A DNA stretch of 64,000 bases from the human T2T-CHM13v2.0 reference genome, Homo sapiens (GCF_009914755.1 NC_060941.1); one strand, 5' to 3'; numbered from the stretch's first letter, positions 1 to 15,242 are shown. The notes: a model not told the origin generated them from the sequence alone. Made by a program: numbers and translations.

Positions 1-70
1 TATTCTCAGTAGCTTTATCTATAACCTATTAGTTTTTTGTTTGTTTGTTTTGGAATTTATTCTCCCCACC

Positions 71-207
71 CTTTTTTTTTTCTTTTAGAGATGGGTGTCT
101 CTCAATGTTGCCCAGGCTGGGCTATACTTGAACATCTGGGCTCTAGTGGTCCTCTTGCCTCAGCCTCCTGAGTAGCTGGGACTATGGATGCCCAGTACTG
201 CACCTGT
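71..207 (-). mobile_element. Alu monomer (FLAM/AluJ-like)
   Basis: Poly-T followed by tagagatggg...gttgcccaggctgg...cctcagcctcctgagtagctgggact. Confidence 0.8.
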
Positions 208-310
208 GAAATTTATTCTTTTTGGGTTTCTGTGAGCTTCTTGGATGTGTAGTTTGATGTCTTCATTTTTGAAAAGTTCCCATTATCTTTTCAAATATTT
301 ATTGTTTGTT

Positions 311-1356
311 TTCTCTCTCTTCTGAGACTCAGCTCTCTATGTATTGTGCTGTTAGACATTGTACCGCAGCTCTTCCATGTGTCTCTCTCTTCTGGGACTC
401 AGCTGTCTATGTATTCTGCTGTTGGACATTGTACCGCAGCTCTTCTGTGTGTCTCTCTCTTCTGGGACTCAGCTCTCTATGTATTGTGCTGTTGGACATT
501 GTACCGCAGCTCTTTTGTGTGTCTCTATCTTCTGGGACTCAGCTCTCTATGTATTGTGCTGTTGGACATTGTACCGCAGCTCTTCCGTGTGTCTCTGTCT
601 TCTGGGACTCAGCTGTCTATGTATTGCGCTGTCGGACATAGTACCACAGCTCTTCCATGTGTCTCTGTCTTCTGGGACTCAGCTCTCTATGTATTGTGCT
701 GTTGGACATTGTACCGCAGCTCTTCCGTGTGTCTCTCTCTCCTGGGACTCAGCTCTCTATGTATTGTGTCGTTGGACATTGTACTGCAGCTCTTCCGTGT
801 GTTTCTCTCTTCTGGGACTCAGCTCTCTATGTATTGCACTGTTGGACATTGTACCGCAGCTCTTCTGTGTGTCTCTCTCTTCTGGGACTCAGCTCTCTAT
901 GTATTGCGCTGTTGGACATTGTACCACAACTCTTCTGTGTGTCTCTCTCTTCTGGGACTCAGCTCTCTATGTATTGTGTTGTTGGACATTGTACTGCAGC
1001 TCTTCCATGTGTTTCTCTCTTCTGGGACTCAGCTCTCTATGTATTGCGTTGTTGGACATTGTACCGCAGCTCTTCCGTGTGTCTCTCTCTCCTGGGACTC
1101 AGCTCTCTATGTATTGTGTTGTTGGACATTGTACCGCAGCTCTTCCATGTGTCTCTCTCTTCTGGGACTCAGCTGTCTATGTATTGTGTTGTTGGACATT
1201 GTACCGCAGCTCTTCCATTGTGTCTCTCTCTTCTGGGACTCAGCTCTCTATGTTTTGTGCTGTTGGACATTGTACCACAGCTCTTCCGTGTGTCTGTCTC
1301 TTCTGGGACTCAGCTCTCTATGTATTGCGCTGTTGGACATTGTACTGCAGCTCCTC
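311..1356. repeat. 70-bp minisatellite (VNTR), about 15 copies, within an old L1-like fragment
   Basis: Unit tctgggactcagctctctatgtattgtgctgttggacattgtaccgcagctcttccgtgtgtctctctct at 321, 391, 461 ... 1161, 1232, 1302. Confidence 0.97.
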
Positions 1357-1830
1357 CGTTTGTTCTCTCCCATGTCACAATGAGCTTTTGTTAGTCTGCT
1401 GATAAACCAGCCAAGGAAATTCTTTTTCTCTGATATTGGGTTTTTTATTTCTAGCATTTCCATTGACTATTTTAGTTTCCATCTCTAGGGGAAATGCATA
1501 TTGCCTGCCTTTCCTTCTAGAGCCTCTGCTGTGTTCATCATAGTTACCTTAGAGTCCTTGATCTATAGTTCAGAAAACAGGGTCAGCCCTGAGTCTGAGT
1601 CTCCTAATTCCTTTATCATCTCTTGACTGTAATTTGCTTTTCCTTGCTTTTTTTGTGCTTTATAAATTTTAATTGCATGCTGGACATTGTGTGTAGAAGA
1701 ACAATAGCGAATGAGGTAAGTTGCATAGTCTATAGTTTAGTAAGTAGTTAACTGGGGTTAGAATTTGTTGTTGTAATGGTTATACCCACTGCAACAGCAC
1801 TCTTAGTTCTTAGAGTGATTAGTTGGTGCT

Positions 1831-2161
1831 TGTGTCAGTCAAGGTTCTCCAGAGAAACAGGGGCAGTAGATGTGTGCCTGCATGTGTGTATAAGTATGTA
1901 TGTATGTATGCATGCATGTCTTGTGATCTTGAGGCAGAAATTTCTTCTTTCTCAGGAAAACCTCAGTTTGGCTGTTAAGGCCTTCAACTCATTGGATGAG
2001 GCCCCCATATTACCAAAGAAAATCTCCTTTACTTTAAGTTAGCTGATTGTGGATGTCACCACATGTATAGAGTACTTTCACTGTGGCACCTGGGTTTGTG
2101 TTTGATTGAATTGCTGAGTGCTACGGCCTGGCCCAGTGGACACATAAAGCTGACCAGCACA
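1831..2161 (-). mobile_element. MLT2-family (ERVL) LTR, MLT2D-like
   Basis: tgtgtcagtcaaggttctccagagaaacag ... gacacataaagctgaccagcaca, matching the reverse complement of recalled MLT2 ends. Confidence 0.75.
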
Positions 2162-3150
2162 GTCCTCGTGCATTAGGGTGGGTACAGGCAGGCCAGGGGG
2201 TTTTCCCAGGGCTCCTGCTCCACCCCTAGCCTGAGCTGTGCCTGCCCACGTGCCTCACTGAGTGGTCCCTGGCTTTGCCTGTCTCCTGGCACAGGATTTC
2301 CATTGCTAGTTACTCAGCGCCAGGCTGTGGAGTGGTGGGAGTTCTCTGTGGTCCTGGTCTCTCTTTAGTCTTAGGCAGGCCCTGGGCATCTGGGCCTTGG
2401 GCGTAGTGCGGTTGCAGTGTTTTCACCTGTCCCCCAGTGATGGCAAACGTCTGCCTCGATTCAGTGTAGAATTCTGTGCCCAGGGCGTGTTCTGCTCCTA
2501 TCCCAGGAGTAGGCTGTTTTGCACCTTCCCTCACCCCATCCTCCATGCTCTTCACCTGTGTCTTGGGACAGTGTGTTCTATGCCCATGGTGAGCAAGGTA
2601 GGTTTTGTCTGTACCTCCTCCCACTCCCCAGGTACAGGAATGTGTGCCTGTTCTTGTGGACTGAGGGTCTCCTGCTTTGCTTCCTAGGGGAGGAGGTCTC
2701 TGGGGGCAGGTGGACTTCAAGCCTCTCCACACTCTGTGCTGCCTCCAGCAGATGCTTCTCATGAAGTGGGGGTGCAGTGGGGGTGCATGCAGGAGAGTGT
2801 GAGTGCCCCTTGTGCCTGGACCCCCTGTGTTTCCACACGGATATGCAAGCGCACACTGGGGCCTCGAGGACACATTACCATCTTAGCTGGTTTCTTGTGC
2901 AGACCTGCGCTCTTCAAAGATGGGCTGTGCATGTGCCCGGGCTTTCTCGGAGAGGACGGGCCTGTGGGATTCGGTTTGTCTGCCCTGCGGTCTCAGCTCC
3001 CTTATGAGCTCAAGAAAAGTGATGATGTCAGTGATTATTCAGCTTTCTCATGTTGATAGGATTGGAGCCACTCTTTCCCCCCAGCTTTCTACATCCTAAG
3101 CAAAAGCAGAAGTTCCCTTTATTGCTTTAACAAAAACTACAAATTATTCT

Positions 3151-3389
<239 letters not shown>

Positions 3390-4169
3390 CTAAATCTCAT
3401 CTAATCTGAATTGGAAATAAATGTTGTTTTTCCTGCATTATTTGGCTGTCACACTATGTGAGGGTGTTTTAGGATGACAGTTCCCTCACCCCTTCCAGGC
3501 TGCTTGTCCCCCACACCCCATGATGGAGCAGCTGTGTTTTGTGGCTGATTTCTTCAGATGCTCTCTTGGCTCACTGCTGGCTCCCGGTGACTGTGCTGGT
3601 TGAAATTGACTTCTTATTAGCCACCATGGACTCTTTCCACTTCATCCGTCCCTCGTCACAGCTGAATGTAATCAGTTATTTTCTCTTCCTCTACAGCAAT
3701 GCTTATGTTAGGCTTTTCGAACAAGCCTTCCTCATGCGGATCCCTGTGTGTGCTCCGGGGACGGGACGCGCAGGCCCTTCGGGGTTGTGTAGGTGTCATC
3801 TGAGGATCCAGTTGCTCTTCCCTGCCTGAGGAGCCTGAGCTTTTATCAGAGCTCACCGCCCTCTCCCACACAGTCTCTTTGATCAGTATTTACACAATGT
3901 TAATGAGAATGGAAAAACTCCATGCTTCTTTCTTGGTGTGAAAGATCCAGCAAATGAGATTTCTAAAACTTGAGTTTTAAAAGTTTTCCTGCAGTTTAGG
4001 AATATCGTCTACTTTCTAATAATTTCAAGTGAATTTTGAGTTTAGGAGGGCATGTGCTTTTTCTAAGTTGGAAAAATTTTATTTGGCCTTTATTAAAAAA
4101 TGGGTAGGTTCCTGGTCCTGGTGATGGTGGTTTTAACAATATGGCATAAGAGAATAAGAAGCCTAGTGA

Positions 4170-4525
<356 letters not shown>

Positions 4526-4527
4526 CA

Positions 4528-5170
4528 TTTTTCATTTTGAAAAAAAAGTTCCAAAAGTTGCAAGTATAGTACTAAGCTGTTTCCTTTCTGATTCTCTGAG
4601 AGAAGGCGGCTGACATGGTGCTTCAGCACCTCTGAATTCCTTAGTGTGTAATTCCTGCCAGCCGGGAGTTTCTCTTTCCAGATGACAACGCAGTCACCAA
4701 AATCAAGGAGCATTCGCGTGGACGTGTGACTGCCACGTAAGCGTCCGCTGCATGCAGGTTTGCCAGTGTCCCAGGAATGTCCTTTGTAGCGCCAGGATCC
4801 TGCTCAGCCATGCGCCATCCTAACTTCCTCTCACTCAGTCTGAAGCAGTTCCACAGGCATTCCGTGACCCTCCTCACCCTGGCGCTTGAAGGTGGCAGTC
4901 TCTTTGTTTTGTAGAATGTCTCCGGTGTCTCCTAATGATTCCGTTTAGGTCATGCTTCGCTGGCAGGAGCATCACGCAGAGCTGCCTGCTTCACGCGGGC
5001 TGCACCAGGTGATGCGGGGCTGTGATCTATCCATTACTGGTCATGCAGATCTTCTCACCTGATTCAGCTGGCGCCTGCTGGACCTCATGTGAAATTCCCC
5101 TTTGTAGTTGATAGGTATTTTCGGGAAGAAGTGCTTTGAGATTGTGCAAATATTCCTTTCCTCGTGACTT
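4528..5170 (-). mobile_element. Old L1 (L1MC/ME-like) 3' end fragment
   Basis: ttttgaaa...aaaagttgcaagtatagtac...cctctgaattccttagtgtgtaattcct resembles the antisense L1MC4/5 3' UTR. Confidence 0.55.
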
Positions 5171-5480
5171 TCAATTTCTTCATTTTGAACTCATGGCCTC
5201 CATTTTCATTCAGTGGATTTAGAATCCAGTGTTATCCTTTGGTGCCGAGCTTGTCTCCCTCTGGTTGTTGGGAACCCATTGGGCCGGCTTCTTTGGCTTC
5301 TGTCTTGTTTGCATCATTCGTGGAGCATGTGCTTACTTTGTCTCATCTAGTCTTTTTCCCAGCCTCATTCCTCTTAGTGGAATGTGGTGTTAGAAACTGA
5401 GATCTGGGTGCCAGGTGTTCTCTTTGAACTGGCGTGCTATTGCTCCCAGGACCTCTCTCGCTGGACAGAGCAAGGAAATG

Positions 5481-6387
5481 CATGTGTGTGCATACTATGT
5501 ATGTGTGCATACTGTGTGTGTGCATATTGTGTGCGTGTGTGCATACTGTGTGTGTGTGTGCATACTGTGTGCGTGTGCGTACTGTGTGTGTGTGCATACT
5601 GTGTGTGTGCGCATACTGTGTGTGCATACTGTGTGTGCATACTGTGTGCGTGTGTGTACTGTGTGTGCGTGCATACTGTATGCGTGCATACCGTGTGTGT
5701 GCGTACTGTGTGTGTGCGTACTGTGTGTGTGCGTACTGTGCGTGTGCGTACTATGTGCGTGTGCGTACTGTGTGCATGTGCGTACTGTGTGTGCATACTG
5801 TGTGTGTGCATACTGTGTGCGTGTGCATACCGTGTGTGTGTGCATACCGTGTGTGTGTGCATACTGTGTGCATACTTTGTGTGTGCATAGTGTGTGCGTG
5901 TGCATACTGTGTGTGCATACTGTGTGTGTGCATACTGTGTGTGTGTGCGTACTGTGTGCATGTGCGTACTGTGTGTGTGCATACTGTGTGTGTGCATACT
6001 GTGTGTGTGTGCGTACTGTGTGTGTGCGTACTGTGTGTGTGTGTACTGTGTGCGTGTGCGTACTGTGTGTGTGCATACTGTATGTGCGTACTGTGTGTGT
6101 GCGTACTGTGTGTGCGTACTGTGTGCGTGTGCGTACTGTGTGTGTGCGTACTGTGTGTGTGCGTACTGTGTGTGTGCATACTGTGTGTGTGCGTACTGTG
6201 CGTGTGTGTACTGTGTGCATGTGCATACTGTGTGTGCATACTGTGTGTGTGCATACTGTGTGCGTGTGCGTACCGTGTGTGTGCATACCGTGTGTGTGTG
6301 CATACTGTGTGCATACTTTGTGTGTGCATAGTGTGTGCGTGTGCATACTGTGTGTGCATACCGCGTGTGCATACTATGTGCGTGTGC
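5481..6387. repeat. Complex (TG)n-CATAC/CGTAC low-complexity repeat, about 900 bp
   Basis: Continuous tgtgtgtgcatac / tgtgtgcgtac units. Confidence 0.97.
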
Positions 6388-7504
6388 TTCTCTCTGTACA
6401 CATTTGTCTCAGCGTTTCTGTACCTCTCTACATGTACATTCATGCCTCCTATTCCACCTCATGGGGGTTTTCCATATTTGTAGCTCCATCTTCTGACAGT
6501 GACAACCTTGGTATCCTTTGTCCTTATTGTATTGGCTAATGTGGTGCCTCCTCCTGTGTGAACCCTCTTCTCCTCTCTGCCATTGCTGCTCCTCTCAGAC
6601 CCGGTTATCCTTTGCCATTTCACCCCAATATCTGCCTTTCTCACTGCCCTGGTCCAACACCCATATGGTCACCTTTCTGCAGCCACACCTCTCCTTCTTC
6701 CTCTGCACGGGCTCAGGGCCCAGTCAGACTTGAGAGCTCATTCCAGGCCAGTGTGGCTCCCATCATCCTGAGACAGATGCCAGCTTTGCCCAGACCCACC
6801 TTGTGGCTTTAGGATTGTTGAAGAAGGGATTTTAGCATTTTCAACAAGTGCTTTAGGTTTCAGGCCTGGTCAGCCGAGGGAAGGATGATACACCAGTAAC
6901 CAAGACTGGGACGGGAGCTGGGCTGGCTGGCAGATGGTGGGGTACCATTTCGCACATGGTGAGGTGCTTGTAGGAACCTCCAAGCGGAGCCACCATCCAG
7001 TGGAAAGTGGATCTGGTGGGAGAAGAGGGCTCATTGTAGACTAGAGGACCCAGGGGAGGTCAGCGCCTAGTACGAACTAGACCAGAGGGTATCGGGCAGA
7101 GGCAGGGCCCTGAGGGTGCAGAGAGGGGTGCCAAAGAGGAGGACCAGGGTGGTTCTGGATGAGTGCGTGGAGGAGCTTCTGGTCAGCATTGTCAAGGCTG
7201 AGGTGGTGTCCAGGCTGATTGTAGCAACCTGAAGAGTGAAGGCAGATGAGGTGGTGAAGCTTGTGGGGCAGCTTGGCCAGGAAGGTGAGGAGTGGGGTAC
7301 TAGTGTTGGGGCTGGGCTCAGTGATGGGTTTGCTCTGCCTTCCTCAAGATGAGAATGACGGGGGCCATGGAGGAAGCCAAAACAGGGATTGGTGCAATCA
7401 AATTACTTACAAACATGTTACCGTTTAGAAGGCAGACCTCAGGATTTTATATTTGGTCTTAGCATTTTGAGGTCTATTACTAGAAATCGAGATTTTTGTG
7501 TTAA

Positions 7505-7620
7505 TCAAGACTCCAGCTTTATTCCTTCCAGCTGTGCTACACATTTAACTGTTTTGGGCCTCAGTTTCCTCATCTGTAAAGTGGAGCTAGTGATGCCGTG
7601 TACCTCATGGCAGGGTGGGG
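7505..7620. mobile_element. MIR fragment
   Basis: gggcctcagtttcctcatctgtaaagtgg MIR core. Confidence 0.75.
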
Positions 7621-7775
7621 GAATTAACTGGGAGCAGAGACCTGGTTTGGTGCAGAGACTGGTCCTCACCTCCGCCGCCCCAACTCTAGTCCCTACTTCT
7701 ACCCCAACATCACAACACCTCAAACACCCCGACCCCTACGTCACAGCGCCTCAAGCATCCCGACCCCTGCAACAC

Positions 7776-8113
7776 TGTCTTAGTCTGTTGTTGCTGCTGT
7801 AACAGAATACCCGAGACTGGGTAATTTACAAACAACAGAAATGTATTTCACGCAGTTCTGGAGGCTGAGGAGTCTAAGATAAAGGCACTGGCAGGTCTGT
7901 TGTCTCTTGAGGGCCCTGTCCATCTTCCAAGATGGGGCTGTAACACTGTGTCCTGTCACGGTGAAAGGGACAGAAAAGCAGAAGTGTGCGTCTAGTTCCC
8001 TCCAGCCCTTTTATGAAACACGATCGCCTCCTGAAGGCCCCATCTCTTCATACTACCACATTGGGCTTCCGTTCCAACACGTACATTTTTGGGGACATAT
8101 TCAGAACATAGCA
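7776..8113. mobile_element. MaLR LTR (MST/MLT1A-like)
   Basis: tgtcttagtctg...gctgctgtaacagaatacccgagactgggtaattta...cagttctggaggctg...ggggacatattcagaacatagca. Confidence 0.8.
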
Positions 8114-9825
8114 CTAGCCCCAGTATCCCCACTCCAGATCACCCACACCCCCGCAACACGCCCCAGTACCGCCACTCCAGATCACCCACACCCCTCCCCA
8201 ACACGCCCCAGTGCTGCATGGGGAGCAGGGGCCAAGGTGCTGCATGAGCTGCTTCCTGAATCCGTGCCTCTTCCGCTGCTTTCTGTAGGGCTGACTACGA
8301 AAGAGGGCTGCAGTGAACACACCTCACTGAGCCCCACTGCCGGGCATGTAGCCTTGCAGGACGGCCGCTCACTCAGGGTTGAAGGTCTCCAGCAGATTCT
8401 GGGAGTAGATGCACGGTGCTGCTTATTTCGTTTTACAAATTAAACATCCAATATGCAGGTAGCAATGTGTGTGAATCCCCAGTGCTTTATGTAGAACCCT
8501 GAGTATGGGGTTCATTTTTGGGCAGGGTGGGGTGGAGCGGAAGGTGGTCTGTGCTGATGTCAGAGGGGTCTGAGAAGCTTGAAAAATAAGGGTAACTGTG
8601 TGTGCCTGAACCATGCAGGAAGACAGCACTCCTTCCAGAGATGAGGGAGAGCAGACGTCATGTCTGTGAGCAAACAAGGGGCCCATGCCCAGCGTGGCTC
8701 TGGGTGTCATGGCCTCCCTGCTAGGTCATCCGGATGAAGCCTGGGGCTGTGGAGTCAGCTCGTGAGAAATGGGATCCAGGTCCTGAGCGTGCTGGAACTG
8801 GCGAGACGGGGTCACAGCACACACCTGCGTTTCCAGCCCTGCCCCTGCTGACGGCCAAGACCTCTTTTCCCACCCCTGCTCCGCCCCCCTCTGGATAATA
8901 AGTTGCTGTTCTAGTTCATAGAAGTGACACTTGTCCCTTTTCAGAGAAGCAGGGGAGAGGCTGTTTTGTTTTATGGCCCGACATTAAATACTACAACAGT
9001 AATACTAAAAACAATCCTGCTGAAGAGCTGCGCGTGCCCCACTCTTGGGGAACTCTGCTGTGGCAGCAGAGTGCGGATGAGCTGCATGCTGAGCAGGGAG
9101 TGTCATTTAGCGGAAATGGTTTTGTGTGCCAGCTAATGGTAGCTGTGTATCAGAAGAGGTGAGAATGCAAAGGTTTGTCAGATGTGTGGAAATTCTGTCA
9201 TCCCAAGGGAACGTTTGGGAGGTCTTAGCTTTGTTTTTCTCTTCTTAATGCAAACACGTGAGCATTAAGAGACCTTGGGTAGATGAGCTGAAAATAGTCG
9301 TGATCGCCCTTGGCGGCGGCTCGTGGGTTTACAGAGCACTTGCACAGACTTCGTCATTGATTCTTGCAACCATTTGGGATTCATAGACCAGTCAAGTTGG
9401 TTAACAGATATTGATTAGGTGGAAACGTATATGTTAAGCATAGTGCCATATACAAGGAACTGTAAGCTGTGCTCTTGCTTTCAAGGCACTGATAGTACAC
9501 CTGGGGAGGTAAGACTAGGATCCATGCAGTAGAACAGAGACCAATACGAGGTCAAGCTTGAACGGCCTGGAAGGCCAGAGAATGCTGCGGTAGAGACGTC
9601 AGGGCAGGCAGTGGGAGGCAAGAGCAAAGAGCTGAAGGAAGAGCATGAGCCCACACTCTGAGGTCCGAGGGGCTGGGTTTTCGCACACCAGCTGGGCTCC
9701 CTTTGGGCCTGGGGGGTCAGTAGCACCCGTTAGCCACGGCCAGTCACAGCCGTATGCTCTGTGCACACAGCTCTGTGCCCACAGCTGAAACCTTGGCTCT
9801 TTGGGGCTTATGGTTTAAAATGCTG

Positions 9826-10048
9826 TTTTCTTTTCTTCCTTTCTTTTTTTTTTTTTTTTTTGAGACGGAGTCACATAGGCTGGAGTGCAGTGGTGTGATC
9901 ATGGCTCACTGTAGCCTCTACCTCCTGGACTCAAGCGATCCTCCCACCTCAGCCTCCTGAGTAGCTGGAACCACAGGCATGCACCAACACGCTGATTAAT
10001 TAAAAAAAAATTATTGTAGAGACGGGGTCTCATTTTGTTGCCCAGGTT
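9826..10048 (-). mobile_element. AluJ, 5'-truncated
   Basis: Poly-T plus right arm and part of left arm; flanking ctgttttct repeats suggest a TSD. Confidence 0.85.
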
Positions 10049-12965
10049 TAACATACTGTTTTCTCTGCCAGTTCCATTGGTGTCTCAAGGTGGTATCTCT
10101 GCTTCCCCTCTGAAGGAATCTGAAAGAAGGGGGTTAACTGCTTGGAGCCCACCTCTCTCCTGTATCTACTTTCCAAAGTGAGGACAGTTTTTTAAAACAG
10201 GACATGTTCATCCCCTCATATCTGCTGAAAATCCGTCTAGCTCTTGGTTTTTGTATAATACAGCAATAGGCAACACAGGAACGTAATTTTGTAGCTATGT
10301 GAGGAGTGAGGCCTAGTGTTAGAACGGGGCCAGACTGTAAAAGATCTCGCTCCTGTACGGCTCCCGTCCTAGTCCCACAGACGCTGCAAGGGCCGCGGGT
10401 CCCGGCCGAAGCTTTCCTGTCCCAGATGCCTGCAGCTGTGTGGCTCCAAGCTTTGCGCCTGAGCTGAGGAAGATCACACGCCTCTCACTGTATACAGGAC
10501 TAATTATTACAAAATAGACAGGGATGGCATTATGGTTAGGAAAATATAGACTCATTAAAAATCATTTCTAATTTCAAAGTAGCCCCTTTGCTATTATGTA
10601 TTTTCTCAGTCAAAAATGAGTTGTTTAAGGCTACACAACTAATGAGTGGCAGAGTCCTTGAAAACCACACAGAGAAATTTGCACTTCATCTAGTAGGCAG
10701 CACTCAATATGTCAATTAAAAATGTTTATTAAGTGTCTGCTAAATACACGGTACAAAGAACTACAAAGATTGTCCGAGCAGTGAGTGCTGGATGGGGCTT
10801 TCAGTGTGAACTTTTCACTGAAGGATAGCACACAGAGGAAACTGCACCTAACCCGGGTGTATCCTAAACTGATCATACCCATGGACCCCAGATCAAGGAA
10901 CAAGATGACCATTGGCCCAGAAGTCTTATCTTGTCCCCTTTGGGTCCCCTCCCCCAGCTGCACTGCTGGGTCTCCACTCTTGGCAGCTTTCCATCTAAAT
11001 GGAGCACACAGCCCGCACTGTGGGCTTCTGAGGGGAGGGGTCAGCCTGCGCTCATCTTCAGGGTGGACTGAGAAGAGAAAGACTAGGTCATTGGTGGCCC
11101 TGTCTGTGCCTGGGGCACCACTCTTTGGGGCCATTGGGCCAGATTGAGGAACCCAGCTGGGAGGTGGGAGAGTCTCAGTAGCATCGTGAAGGGCTGCGGA
11201 TTGGGTGAACATGTTAGCAGTGGCTGGTGGAGTGCCAGCTCTTTGGAAGGTGAAATGGATAGGATGGGTAATCAAACTGGGTACATAGGAAGAAGATGGA
11301 GAGGTTTAAAAAGAAAAAGCTGCACCCCTTCAGGTTGGCTGAATGCCAGCACTATCAATAACCTTGGAGCAAGTCATTTGACTGCTTTAAACTTCAGCTT
11401 GCCCTTCTGTCCCATGAGGTGGGTTGGACCAAGTTCCTTTCAGTGTAAAGTTCTAAGTATCTTGAAATTCAGAGGGGTTATGCTGAAAATCTTGCAAATA
11501 GGAAAATTTATAAAGAACTAAAAGTTTTATGCAAATACCATTTACCATCTCCTTTTCCATCCACCTACCCATCCATTTCATTCATCAATTTACCCACACA
11601 CTCACTCGCCGCTGAAGTTTCATTAGTTCTTTCCCAGATTCCCCTTAAATAGGAGCTCATAAAGGAATTAGAAGAGAAATGTTTTATAAGACACAACTAC
11701 AGTTTTACATTTATGATCTGTCCACTTCACCCCACATCAGACTGATACTGTTGTCAATAATATCTATCGGGGAATTTAATTTTAGTTTATTTAAATTATA
11801 CTTAATCAAATGCTAAATGCATCGTTTCATTTGACCTCATTCTTTCCCGTCTCTTCCTCTGCTTCTCATTTCAGCTCTCCCACCCACTGCCCTATTCTTG
11901 GAAGGGAACCATACAATTAACTGACCACAGGGATTCCCAGTGGATAGGCGGTTATAGTGCCATGTAGCTGGTCACGGCCTGGTGAGCAGCTGACAGTGGT
12001 TTCACCCCTCCTGGGTGGGCAGGTATCCTGACCTGAGTCAGGGCAGGGAGAGTGGGGCCCCTGCCAGGCTGTCTCTACTAACGAGGGCCGCCATGTCTCT
12101 GCAGGATGTTGTGAGGGATGCAGGGAAGTGGCTGCCTCCTGCCAACACTGGGGAGAGGGTGGGATGGGAGAAGGGCCTGGACTTTCCAAGGGGTGAAATC
12201 CAAGGAGGGGGTACTCCTTGAATGGGAACTCCCTCCCTTCTTCCTCTGTCCGTGGTTCACTGGAGAGCATGCATAGTGTGAGCCACCGCTGACCGTCGTG
12301 ATGCATGGACAGTTTTCTGACCATAGATGACAGCCGCGGGCCGCGACCATGCTGGTTGCTGCAGTTAAGTATGGGTGACTGAACTCAACGCCTTCCAGCC
12401 AGCCCTGTGCGTTTACTTTGCTCCTCCTCATGCATGCGGCAAGGTCGCTCTTTGGCATCTGTTTGTTAAAGCTGTTTTTTGCTTTCCTTTGCCTTGTTTG
12501 TGTACTTCGTGGCCCCTATTTTTTGTTTTTCAGATCCCAATCCAATCCTATCTTGTGGGTCTGATCACAGCACAGTTGATTTGGGTCACTATGATTTTTT
12601 TGAGACCTTAGAACTTTGTTCCTGAGAGAAATGAAGACCAAACATGTAACGTCTGAAGTCACAGATTACGGATTATAACAAATTTACCACAATTCTTCCA
12701 GAGAAGTTAGATATTACCTGGTTTTTACCAAGCTTTTCTCAGCCAGAGGTGTCCATTGAATTAGAACCATTGAATTAGAATTTCCAGAAGGTTAGGGCCT
12801 GGCATCTCTGTTTTGAAAAGCCCTTGATGACTTTGACCTATCTATGGGCGAAGGCCCTTTCCAGTTGTAAAATCTTATTAACGTCATGATTTTTATTTTA
12901 TTTTTTTATCAGAGTAACATACATATAGCTAAAAAAATAATAATTAAATAATGCCAAAAACTATA

Positions 12966-13390
12966 CAGGTGGCTCTTGGAGATCCTGCGGGTGTGGCTCT
13001 AGACGACTGCAATAAGTGAGCTACATGAACGTTTTGGTGTCCAGTGCATATAAAAGTTACGTTTACACTGTACTGTAGTCTGTGAAGTGTGCAGTAGCAT
13101 TGTGTCCAAAAGAACATACACACTTTATTTTAAAAACTGAAAAATGTTAATGATCACTGGAGCCTTAGCGAGTTGTAATCTTTTAGCATTTAATTGGCTG
13201 ACGGAGGGTCCTGCCTCATGTGGATGGCCGCCAACTAATGGAGGAGGGGTGGTTGCTGAAGGTAGGGGTGACTATGGGAATTTCTTAAAATAAGACAATA
13301 ACAAAATTTGCTGCATTGATTGGCTCTTGCTTTCACGCAGCATTTCTCTGTAGCATGTGGTGCTGTTTGATAGCATTTTACCCCCAACAG
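12966..13390. mobile_element. Tigger1 terminal fragment (pogo-like DNA transposon)
   Basis: TA|cagg...ggagatcctgcgggt...agacgactgcaataa...ccagtgcatataaaagttacgtttacactgtactgtagtc, matching a recalled Tigger1 end. Confidence 0.8.
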
Positions 13391-14608
<1,218 letters not shown>

Positions 14609-15159
14609 ATTTAGAGTTAATTGCCCTGGAACCCACTCCTGAAATAAATGGGTAAATCCTGGACATGAATGTACATTTGTGAAACGGATTTTTTTTGTGG
14701 GAATACTGAGTGCAGATGAAAATTAATTAAAAAGTATCACTTCTTTGTCTTTTTCTCTCCTCCTTTTCCTGTACCCATGAGAGCCATAGTTTGAACAGGA
14801 GGAAGCATATGCTGTCACTGCAGAGCTGCCTTCTCAGAGAAAGCCTGAGCAGGAGCCTGAGAATAAAACAGTGCAAGTGCGGGAAAGCTGCAGGTGCCGA
14901 AATACAAATGAACGTGGGTAGAATAACAGCATTCACTTGCCCGTGATGTTAAAACACTGGCCTTCACGGCGTGTCAGCTTGTTTGAGCACCTTAGCTGTT
15001 CAGTAAATCTGGTTAACACTGATCAACCTTAGGCGTTGTGTTACTTTTAGTCAAAGGTGACTTTGAAGTGTGTTATATAAGGAGAAACTGTGGAAGAGAG
15101 GCCTAGCAGAGGAGGAAATGCAGACGTAAAGAACTTTCTCTTTTCCATTGCTTCCTCAG

Positions 15160-15242
15160 ATCCTCTGTCGATGGGTCCTCAGAAAGCTCTGGAAACCATC
15201 GGTGCAAATTTACAGAAGCAGTACGAGAACTGGCAGCCAAGG
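15160..15242 (+). CDS. RPTOR: RPTOR internal coding exon (exon 3 by recall), Raptor N-terminal conserved domain, about D89-R116
   Basis: Translates (G)AT-CCT-CTG-TCG-ATG... = DPLSMGPQKALETIGANLQKQYENWQPR, matching recalled Raptor sequence. Acceptor ttttccattgcttcctcAG (AG at 15158-15159), donor AGG|GTAAGT (GT at 15243-15244). 83 nt, starts in phase 1, ends in phase 0. Confidence 0.97.

Noticed and set aside
346-1402. 345- and 347-aa ORFs as real genes
   Set aside because: They lie entirely within the 70-bp VNTR, are open in all frames, and have no supporting gene structure.
5384-6539. Cys/Val- and His/Thr-rich ORFs on both strands
   Set aside because: They are translations of the TG/CA repeat.
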